Assembly: GCA_009103225.1 (NCBI GenBank)
Contig: RHPI01001965.1
Location: 263,114-327,113 of the forward strand
Direction of reading: 5' to 3'
DNA from: Chlorokybus atmophyticus
Lineage: Eukaryota; Plantae; Mesostigma and Chlorokybus algae
DNA length: 64,000 nt
Below, piece by piece: positions 50,487 to 64,000 of this stretch. The notes beneath the pieces were generated by a model. The model did not search any database, was not told the origin of the DNA, and worked only from the letters and a program-made list of their open reading frames with translations. Every line of letters begins with the position of its first letter. Within the stretch, counting starts at the first letter, position 1. The translations under genes and the position numbers were made by a program.

Positions 50487-53400
50487 ATGGCGCGGATGAG
50501 CGGGGAGGCTGCGCGGCGAGAGGAGGAGGAGGGCGAGGCGGAGGACGACCAACGGTTGCGAGGTGCGCTGTAGTAGTAGCTCAACAGCCGCTGACTGCAG
50601 CAATGGTTCAAGTGCGTGCTCACCTTGTTTGCTGGAATCAAAGATGTGACACCGGATTGTAAGCATTGTCGATTGACTCAATTTTTTAAATAGTCCGCGG
50701 TTCGTACAGTGACCAAGAGTAGATCGGTTCATATGCGATTTAGGAGATTCCAATGTCATTGTTGCTCGTCACTCACGTGTCGGACTACACCAGCGACATG
50801 GTTGCGTTAGAGCGAGGATAGCGCTTCTATATTCTATTGGGTGCGCTGTAGCTCTCATTCAGCCTTGTTTCCATGCTGCAAGAGTCTGTGATTTTGTTGC
50901 TGCCATCCGGGCATGACTTGGCCTGTGCCACTGCTTGTGCCATGCGTGACTGCACTGGATCAGGTAACCTGAAAGCCTAGCTGTATTTATTTGACCAAGT
51001 AGAATGTGTGGTATAGAGAACATTGCACGTGCTATGGCATGCAGGCGAACTGCAAGCGTGAGCGGGACACAAGTGAAAGTTGCGCATTAAGTTCTGCAGA
51101 TTTTGCCAACCCTGCGAGTAGCTACATGTGAAAGTATTACAGTGACACATGTATTCCGTGGTAGGCTGGGAGACACACAGTCAGCTGCGAGACGAGGCAG
51201 GAAGCCGCTCCAGCGATTATGACAGTCGATCAGAGCATGACATTATCACTTCACATGTTAGCAGCTCGCGACCAGCCAGCGAGCTGTCGGACAGGTTCTG
51301 GTCACTTGTGACATCGTGCGTACAGGGCAGCAATGTGCGTATGTTTGCATCTCATCATCGTCAACTGTTTGCAGCGGCAATGAACATGACACAGCGAGTA
51401 GGACCGTGCATGCTGCGGTTCTGGCGTATGAGCAGCGGCTATCGGACGCCGCAACTGCAAGGCAGGCATCCGAGCTGGCAGTCATGCGGGCCGAGGCAGA
51501 AGCCACACGGGAGGATATGCGAGTCCGATTGGAGGAGAGTGATGTAAAGTGCAGGGCATATTACAATGAGCTGCGAGAGTCAGAGCAGCGCCTTCAGCGC
51601 TCGCTGTCTCAGCAGCACGAGCAGCTGGCTCGCATTGCTGCCCTTGAGCTGGAATGCGCTCATGCCAGTGCGGGCAGTAGCACTGCCAGTGAGGAGGATG
51701 CTGAGCGGATTCTGCGGCTTGAGGCAGAATGCGCAAGTTTGCGTGGACAGCTGTTTGATGCAAGACAACGGCTAGCAGAAGATGAGCAAGCAAAAGGCGA
51801 ATCTGGGCTGCAAGAAGAGCTTGCCAGTGAAAGGCATGCTGCAGCAACTGCACAGCAGGCGGATGCCGAGCGAATAGCTGACCTTACCAACAGGTTAAAG
51901 ATTTCAAATGAGCGCTATGACAGGTTGGAGTCATCTGCTCGTCTTCTTGCAGAGGCCAAGGTACATAGCAGCAGCAGCTGCAGGTGATTTGGTCTACGAA
52001 TTGTGTTTGGGTTGTCACCACGTGGCTTCCTCGTTCTGCAGGCCACTTGGGCAGCCCTGGACGCTGAAAGAGCTGCACTCGAACAGGTGCGTTCAGCCTA
52101 GGCAGCAAATGCTGGTATCGAACATGTATCAGTGTATACTTGTTCTGTCAAACATCTGACGTGTTTGGCAAGTAGGCACGCGCTGTTGAAGCGGAGGTGC
52201 GAATGGCCACAGACAAGTGCGAACATGAGGTGATCTGAATGGTGCCAATGGTGCCGACTGCAAGATGAAGTCAAATGCCTCGCGCATATCTAGATGCCAC
52301 TTTGTGTGCTACTCATGTCCCTTGTTCGCATCTGCTCATGGTGCTAGTGCTGTACTGGGTCACTACATCATGACTTAAGGGCATGAGACAATGTGCATAT
52401 GTTAAATTTGTGTCACTCGCGTCGTTGATGCAGATCTTGCGCCTTCGCGAGCAGCTTGGCGCACAAAGAGAGGTAGGCTGCTCTTCTGTTTACAGTTGCA
52501 TTATGGCCGCTCCAGCATGGAAGATGTGAGTCCTTAATCTAAGTGCAGAGATGTATGCAGGAGGTTCGGCGAATGCGCATGGAACGGCTTGCCGTACCAG
52601 TGGGCAGCTCTTCCAGCACGGACACCAAAGCGTCAGCACCAGAGCGTGACACTCAAGTACGTTTGTACCTACAATAGAAACTAGCGCCCCTTGCACTTAA
52701 GAAACCCTGTTTCCCGTCAGTGATCTCTGTGCAACGCTCAACATGTGGCAACTGACCATTGGGTTCCTGAAGGCACGCGCTTGGGAAGCGCAGCGGCGTG
52801 AGCTAAAGAGCCAGCTCAGTGATATGCGGTGAGCAGCACATGCAGTGTTAACAAATGCAACAAGCATGTGCTGATATTTCTTTGCGCTGTTGCAAAGAGG
52901 GCGCCTGGACACAGTCATTGTGAAGCTGGAGGAGCAGACAGCGCTTGTCGTCCGCCTTGAGGTGGGCAGATGGGTGCTAAGCTTTTGCAACGAGATAATA
53001 CATATGAGCTGTGAGTTGTCTGTGCATTGGGTAGGTGTTGAAAATGAAGAGGTGCTGCATGTGCAGGAGGAAAAGCGGGTACTTGCCGAACATCTAGAAC
53101 AAGAGCGTGGCAGAGATTTGGAGGAGGGCATGCAGTTGCGAGGGCTGCGAGAGCAACATCAACGCTTGCTAGATGGCATTGACCGCTTCAGAGTGCAGGT
53201 GGCAACTCTTAGCAAAGGCCAGGAACTTTACTGCAGGCTAATTCTGCATACTCATGACTTGTGCATGCGACGATTGTCAAGTTTGCACATCCTCTCTTTC
53301 GCGCAGACACGCAAGCTGAGGTGGTGTGTCAGTGATGATGCTACAGAGATTGAAAGCCCTCGTGCTGAAGATGAGCAAGAGTTGACGAGCGGCTCCCCAG

Positions 53401-55570
53401 AGATGGAAGGTCTCAAGGAGGAGCTACGGGAGCTGCGGCGAGCCCTTGCAAATAGTGTCGATCAGCGCAGGAGGTTGCAGTCCGAAATTGATCGCTTGCA
53501 AAGCGAATCGAAAGAGCAGCTTGCTCTTCAGGCGCAGGTGATCTCTGAAACCTATGAGCAGCAGATAGCTGGCCTGACCGCTCGCGCTGAGCGCGCAGAG
53601 GTTGAGCAACCTGAGCTACAAGAGAAAGAGCTCTCCGAACTTCGCGCGCAGGTAGCATCTCTTGGTAGTTGTCTCTTAAGGAAGTCGCAAGCGTGTTAGT
53701 ACCTATGCAGGACTGCCTCTCCTCAACTCTTGTTGACACCGCTGCTAACAATGCTTGTTGTGTTCTACAGGTGGCGGCTGAGGCTTCCAGGCGCGAGGCC
53801 TTGCGTGCTGACCTTGTCGAACTCAAGTCCACCCTCGATGTAGAGCACACGGCCTCTCGCGAACACGAACGTGAGCGCACAACACTGCGTGTTCGCTGTG
53901 CTCAGTTAGAACAAGAGCTTGCCCACATGAAGCAGAGGCAAGACAATGCCAGTGTGTCTGGCGATGTTCATAGCAGCCTACAAGCAATTACTGCACAACT
54001 GGAGTCCCTTCAGGTATGGACGACACACAGCAACCTAACACTTTGTCCACTTCACCTAACAGCTGCACTTTCAGGCGTGGCGTTCTCATGCAGAAAACAT
54101 GCTGAAGCAAAGAACAGCTTCTCCGAAGAGTGCGATGGACAGGTCAACCACAGAGGCCTTGCAAGCCAACCTAACCAGCACCAGGAAGGACCTTGAGCTC
54201 AGCAGCCTGCTGCTGGCGTGCATGACGCGTTCATTCAGACTGGACCTGCCAAAGGACCATGATGCTGCATTTCAAATCATACAAGTAAGTTTTTGCGTGC
54301 AAGGCTGCGTGCAAGGTATGATAACTTACCTGTTTCCAGTGTAATGGGCCTCAAGCGGTATACTTTGCACAATGACAGGAAAAGGGTGCGGAGGTTGCAC
54401 GTGTAGAGCAAGACGCTATGATGCTGCGCGCGGAGTGCGAGGACTTGAAGCGAAGGTTGGATGCTATCAAGCGCAAGTACATGCGCCAGTCCGTGCGACA
54501 TCAAGCTCTGCAGCAGCATTTCGTAAGCCGTCTTGTCATCAAACTTGAACAGTGGATGGATGACTAACCATGTGAATATCAATTACCCTGGCAGCTCCGC
54601 ATCCAGCAGGAGAGGGAGCAGCAACATGCACAGCCGCCGCTTCAAATGCCTTCCAGCATGCAGCCAGAGGACATGGCTGTTGTTGCCAACGCTGCTGGTG
54701 TGCAACCAAAGCTGCGCCCGCAAACTAGGCGCGGGCGCTTGGGAGCAGTTGTGCAGCAGGCCCCAAGCATCGGCATTATTGAACACTTCCCCATGCCACC
54801 CAGAATGCCGCCACGCCATTGGTCTGATTCGCCAACTCAGTCACGGGATGATGAGGACGATGCAGATGATGTAGATACGGCCGATGGAGATGGCTCTACC
54901 CAAGCTCCTGACAAGCAAGACAGTCAACAAAGGTACAGCCGATTCTGGTCAACATCAATTACGCTACAATCGTTATTGTCAGCTGATGCCACCACGTACA
55001 TGTGTCAGTGCGCAGCTGCAGCCCACATCTCAAGCAGCCAATCCAGGGCATGGTGTCCTTGCAGACATCGAGTCAAGTGAAGATGGGTACGCGGGTGGCA
55101 GCATTCGTGCTTGGGACGGCACTGACAAAGAGTCACCCAAGGAACTGTCGCCCAAGGCAGCCAAGCCACGAGCACAGTCTGCACGCCACACTAAGTCAGG
55201 GCATGCTGCTGGCAGCAAGACCAAAGTGGCATTTGAAGAAGACGATAAGTCAAAAGCAAAGTCCAAGATGAAACGCTCACATGCCTCAGCACACATCGCA
55301 GTGCCCATGCCTGCACACAACGCTGGCAGCGTGTCTGCCGGCATTGCGCACGTTGCCCGGGCGGCTGGGCAACGCGTTGCTGCGGCATGCGGGATGGCCG
55401 CAGTGCACGTGCCCACGTTCAGCAGAGTGCTGGCTTGCCATCAACGACGCTGTGCTGCTGGTCACAACCATGCAAATGGAAGGGCGGCCAGCGCTCCACC
55501 ACAACGCAGAGCTGTCGAGGCCACGCGGCATGCCAAGATGTACTGGCCTGAGGGCGCTGAGTGGTATTGA
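50487..55570 (+). CDS. Long coiled-coil protein of unknown function, multi-exon, with disordered C-terminus
   Basis: Exon 1 MARMSGEAARREEEEGEAEDDQRLR joins in phase to the exons at ~51175 and ~51373. E/Q/R/L/A-rich heptad stretches run through 54500, and the last exon ends MYWPEGAEWY*. No family motif recognised. Confidence 0.7.
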
Positions 55571-55815
55571 CGTACATGCAACATGTCCAATTGGCTGTGT
55601 TCAGACCTAGCGAGTGCTTGCGTGTTACACCATACATCCCACAGGCCGCAACAGATAGAGCCTGCTTTGGTTCAAATATTGATTAGCTTAAATTCATACA
55701 TACATTCTTGTATATGAGAACAAGATCTCACCAAGTTGCACTCTGTTCAATGTGCTTGACAAGCAACACCACATCATGCATGAAGCAGGCAACTGCAAGC
55801 GCAGCTTTGTGATGG

Positions 55816-57454
55816 CTATTGCTTTGGATATATTCTCATGGTGAGCACCCTAGTATCATCCTTCACAATTGGTCTGGGCTTGGCTACAGGTGGTGAAGGT
55901 CGAGCTGGCCTGGTGTTCAGGCTAACACTGGGCTTGTCAACTGTTGGCACCTTTGCAGACGCATCATCAGCAGTCGCCATGCTGGGTGCCTCTGCATGCT
56001 CCAACTCTGACTCTGCGCGGGGCTTGACTACAGGTGGTAAAGGCTGAGCAGGCCTTGTCTTCAGGCTAACACTGGGCTTGTCAACTGTTACCACCTCCGC
56101 AAACGCATTAGCAACGCTTGCGGCCGTGCTGGGTGCCTCCTCAGCTTGCTCCAACACTAATTCTGCGCTAGTGCTCGCACCGGACGCACTCTGCATCACG
56201 GGTCGGGGCTTGGGGACAGGCGGGGGCCTAGCCGGCCTGTTACTCAACTCAGGCCCTTTGCCAACCTTGCCAGTCTTGCCAGCCTTGTCCATATTCAACA
56301 ACGCCCTTGCAAAGTCATCGTATGTAGGGAGAGCAACTTCAGTCCTCTTCTCATCAGTGTTGGCCCGGTTTAAAGGGGCTCTGGCTGCACTGAGATTCTT
56401 CACAGCCGCGGGCGAGTTTGAGGTCTTCTTCTCATTGCCTCGTAGCCGAACTAGCCCGTCTGCAGCAAGCAGCTGCTCGAACTCGTCATATGTTGGACCG
56501 TCTGGCTTGGAGTTGCCCGTGACAGCGAATGCAGCGGCCTCGGCAGCAACAAGCCGCTCCTGCACCTCCGCTACGCTGCGCCCCGTCGCTTTCGCATCCT
56601 CCAGAAGCTCTTTGCGTTTCTCTGCCAACTGCGTGTCCACAAGATGCATTAGTTCATGTGCAGGTCAAGATTGATCACTTCCTCCACTCAAAGCATGTTT
56701 GCTGTGACGTAGTATAGATGGCACATGCGGTGCGCATCAAAGGGGAGAAATGACTAACATTGACCTGACCAAAAACATGAGAGCAACAGGCAACCCAGTA
56801 CAGTGCAGCCATAGCAGAGCTTCTTACATGTTGACAACACAACATACAGGACGAGCCATCTGCAAGCATGAGCTCGCTCAATGTCAACAAGTTATGACCT
56901 CCGCCTGTTCATTCAGGCTGGCTGTCCATTTGCATCCTTAACAATGGCAGCGATCTACTGTAGCCAATTGCGTTCTGCGGTTGCGGGCAAACACACCAAT
57001 TGGCTATAGCAAAATCACCCTACAGCAGCATCACACGTACTGGTAGCAAGTAAGTGTAGCAGCGCTTAATCCAGCAAGTAAGTAGAAGTACAAAGAGGCG
57101 CCAATTGCGTACCTTGCGCTTGGTGAGCTCAGGGTCCTCTCCCAGCATGCGCCCGAACGCAAAGTACTCCGCAGCCGTCCGCGCATACTCGCTCGCGTAG
57201 CTGCTGCTGTCCCCGGTGGCGGCGGCGGCGGCACCACCTGCCCCATCCCTCGACGACGACGACGACGACGATGACGAAGCGGAGGCGACCGTCACCCTCG
57301 CCTGTCTTCCGGCGCCTCCCGCCCACCTCACCGTAGCCGAGCTTGCGGTGCGTGTCTTTGCCTTGCGTAGGACTCGCCTACTGCTGCTGCTGACGTTGCT
57401 GCTGGTGGCGTGCACCAACGACACTCCCGCCGCCACCGCCACCGCCGCCGCCAT
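55816..57454 (-). CDS. Orphan protein with predicted plastid transit peptide, short helical segment and Pro/Ala-rich internal repeats (2 exons predicted)
   Basis: Exon 1 (57454-57113) is Ser/Ala/Arg-rich then YARTAAEYFAFGRMLGEDPELTKRK. It joins in phase 0 to LAEKRKELLEDAK... The repeats RPAxPxPPVxKPR (x3) and TVDKPSVSL (x2) are visible at the DNA level (55900-56230). Confidence 0.7.
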
Positions 57455-58318
57455 GGCTGTCGTGTGCGCCCCGAAACTCGCAGGAGGTCTGCACAAAAAG
57501 CTGCACTGAGGCGGCCTCAGTTGCTATCTGGTGCCGCTGATGCACATGGTAGAGCAAAGGAGCCATTAAGATTAAGATAGCACAGCAACAGAAAGCAGGG
57601 GGTTACAGATATAAGCAGCAAACAAGGCTAGGCAATGCACAAAGGGTAGTGTAGAGAAATGGAACAACAAGCCAAGACACTACAAGGCTAAGCTACGCCT
57701 TACCAGCTAGGCCTCTGCTTGGCTTCCAACGTACAAACCCATGCCAACGAGCTCCAAAGAGCTGATGTGTTGTGACTCAACAGTTGGAACAACAATGCTG
57801 AAGACTTCGTCTTGCGATGCAATTGTGCAGACTAGTGTCATACATCCCCAATGGACAAGTTCCACTCAAGTCATCCTACGACTAGTTCCAGTATAACCAT
57901 TCGCGTAACCAGGTAGCGCAGCCATCAACTTCCGAGCAACATGCACACCGACAACAGCAACACTGACAAGCATGTGGCCGGCATTGCTAAAAAGTAGTCA
58001 TTAACCAGGAAACAGATTAACTGGTCATAGTACAACACTTGGCGAACCCAAACAAAAAAGGAGACTCCGATTGCAGAGTACACTACTTACGCGGTGCTTG
58101 CTGGTGTCGCGCAAGCCGCCACACTATACAAGGGGATTGGTTATATGCATTGTTTGCTGCATGTGCCTGGAATGCGGTTGCAACCGCAGCGGCTAACTAC
58201 ACATTCTCAAGAGCTGGTACACACAAGCAAAGTGCTGGTGCCTGTGTTGCAAACCTAACTTTGTTGGACACTGAAGTCAAGGAAGGGATGGGGAGACGCG
58301 TGCTTGAACTCGAGAAGT

Positions 58319-61802
<3,484 letters not shown>

Positions 61803-62926
61803 TGCCTCCGGCAACCACCGAGCACAGTCTACGACCGACCCTGGGTAACCTGCGCCTCCTCCCCAGAGTCGCCTAGAGGGACCAGCAGCAGGACGTGCCT
61901 GCCGCCGCCGCTCAAGGCTAACGTTCGTTTGTCTCGGGGGAGCAGCGTCCTACAGGCCCGTGTTTTGGCCCAATGAGACGAGGGCAGGAGACTGATCCAT
62001 CCCCCATTATTGGCTGGCCGTCGATCCCGGGCCTGCCTTGCTGGCCCGGGCGCCGCACAGATCTGCCCGCCCAGCCGATTGCGCATGGTACTGGTGGTAC
62101 TTGCACTTGTGTCATGTGATGACTTTAAGCCAATAAAGGCAAAGTCGTGTCATAAACGACACATTATAAGACTTCGCAAATTGCAAACGGCAGTGCTTGT
62201 GTGGTAATCTGATGTTGCAAGGCACAAGGTCCACCAAGAATTGTGTAACAAATACGTGTAACAATATCACGGTACATGTAATAATATGTGAATCACATAT
62301 TGCATCTACGCAAATTGTCGTGATATAAAGTCTCTCGCGCAAGGGTGAATGTTGCGACATGAGCAAGTGCAATTAGGTGCTGGAGCTGCAGGGCTCTATT
62401 CGGGGATGATGCTGAGTCTTGCGGTGGTTTGAGAGTTTGTAGGGTGCGTGATTACAAGTGGGAGAGAAAAGAACTGGGTGGTCTCCTTAATCAGATGTTG
62501 CAGTAAGTCAACAAGCTCCGCAACTTGGAGGATGCTTGTGAGCAAGCACACAGCAACCATGCGTGTGTATATGTGTAAAATTGATAAATGTATGAAGGTT
62601 TCGTTGGCTAAGTGAAGCGAGTTTACATACCGCAAGCAAATAAGCAACAAGTACCAGTGCATGAGCAACCGTAAGTTAAGCCGTACAAGGCATGGAAAGT
62701 ATCGTTGGTAAAGGGAGGTGCAGTCCGCAGGCAACGAGGTATGGCCACGCCACGAGGTGGGCACATGCAAGGTAAGGCAATGCAAGGCATACAAGAACAA
62801 GCTCAAGCAGGCAAAAGGTATACGCCGCACGAATCCTCACAATCTGTAACAGCACCACCGTCGCCGGTGATGCCCCTTCAATCCTCTACCCCAACACCCA
62901 CACCGCCCATGACAAGCCTTCAACGG

Positions 62927-64000
62927 CGTGGCCGCCACTGAGCAGAGAACTGAAAGTCCCCACATCAGTTTGATGTGACCTTGATTATCAAGAGTATATC
63001 AAATATATACCTCTCGATAATTAACTCACAACTAGACATCGACCCTACAGATAGGGTAGTTAGGAAATCTAGCGTGAGCCAATCACATCTCAGATTAGAT
63101 ACCTATCGATAAGGTACCTATTGAAAGATACCTATCGTAAGGTACCTAACGAGGTAGTGATCACATTTTATCAAATGTGACACTAAATAGGCCTGAATAA
63201 GCGGTTCTACACCTATAAGGACTTATTTAAGCTATGATAAAGCATCATAGCCTTTAATAAGCAAGAAACCGTAGAAAAAGAGGTATAAATAAGCATTAGA
63301 TACTTATTCATACAGAATGTGTTATTTAGGTAGCAATAACCCCTATTATTATTGCTCCCGTTACATTCCCCCCGACTTAGGTTTTCAACGTCCTCGTTGA
63401 ACTCAAGTTGATCAGGCTTGATTTCGAGTAATTGTAACCAGTGAGATAGCAGGAAATGACAGGGTGGTAATGAAACCGCACGGCCAGTCCGTTATAAAAC
63501 CAAGCCCACAATTTATGGGACAGGACTTGAATCCCAATAAGCTCGAAGCAACTCGCGGCAGTGCGTAACATGCCTGTCGGGCTCCCAACTGTTATGTTCT
63601 GGGCCATACCCTTTTTATTTCACCAAATAGCGAGTTCGTCGCAAATTTTACACGGTGACTGACAAGAGACTGAGGGACTGTCGGGTGCCTGACCATATCT
63701 GACCCTAACTGACCTAACGAGTTGGGCCATTAAGGGACTGAAATGGACTGCCGGTGCATTTTGTGGACTATACTCAATCACCGACCGCCTATCGTACAGT
63801 ATATTGGATTGTTGCCTACCGGTGGTGACGTGACAGCAACATATGTTGACGGTTGCCGACCGCCGGTCATACAGCTTCCGTAACGGCAACCTACCTATTA
63901 TGACAATTAAGTGTACATTCAGGCCCCTAATGGCGACGGTCGATACCGGTGAGTCAGAGTTGACCCGCGGCCGGCCGCCGGCCGTACATTAGCCGCGGCG
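62927..64000 (-). mobile_element. Probable 5' LTR (runs off the window) followed by a tRNA-Arg-like primer-binding site
   Basis: The minus strand reads ...TCTGCTCA g TGGCGGCCACG, i.e. an LTR-end CA at 62940-62939 and a PBS at 62937-62927 complementary to a CGUGGYCGCCA tRNA-Arg 3' end. AATAAA lies inside near 63615, and the segment is non-coding with many short palindromes. Confidence 0.4.

Noticed and set aside
56078-56674. Long plus-strand ORFs opposite real genes (also 20711-21220, 27139-27708 on minus, 29120-29848 on minus, 60121-60576)
   Set aside because: These are antisense shadow ORFs of GC-rich exons, without coherent protein features.

Overview
This is eukaryotic nuclear DNA from the green lineage. 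The plant-type SMU1, TMEM50 and PRISE proteins, an algal FAP and short spliceosomal introns suggest an early-diverging streptophyte alga; that is my inference, not a database result. About 1-17 kb is repeat and transposon territory: hairpin minisatellites, a ~6.5 kb L1-clade LINE disrupted by stops and frameshifts, and a DIRS-type retroelement relic. About 17-35 kb is a compact block of GC-rich intron-containing genes: a gankyrin/PSMD10-like ankyrin protein, a CCX cation/Ca2+ exchanger, TMEM50/Vps68, SMU1, an OXLD1-like protein and TRM5. About 35-43.6 kb holds TE relics, including a Naiad/Chlamys-type Penelope-like RT remnant. About 44-62 kb carries PRISE/VEP1, a DGAT2-family acyltransferase, an orphan coiled-coil protein, an orphan repeat-containing protein with a predicted plastid transit peptide, and a GMC-family gene. 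That GMC gene has the diagnostic motifs of fatty acid photodecarboxylase (FAP). The window ends in a probable LTR with a tRNA-Arg-like primer-binding site. The best leads are the FAP photoenzyme and its lipid-gene neighbours, two long near-perfect hairpins each in intron 1 of a gene (SMU1 and FAP; candidate intronic small-RNA precursors), and a LINE ORF1 with an unusual ~450-aa C-terminal extension resembling two degenerate Nudix folds. Exon structures were read by eye; internal boundaries are approximate unless stated.
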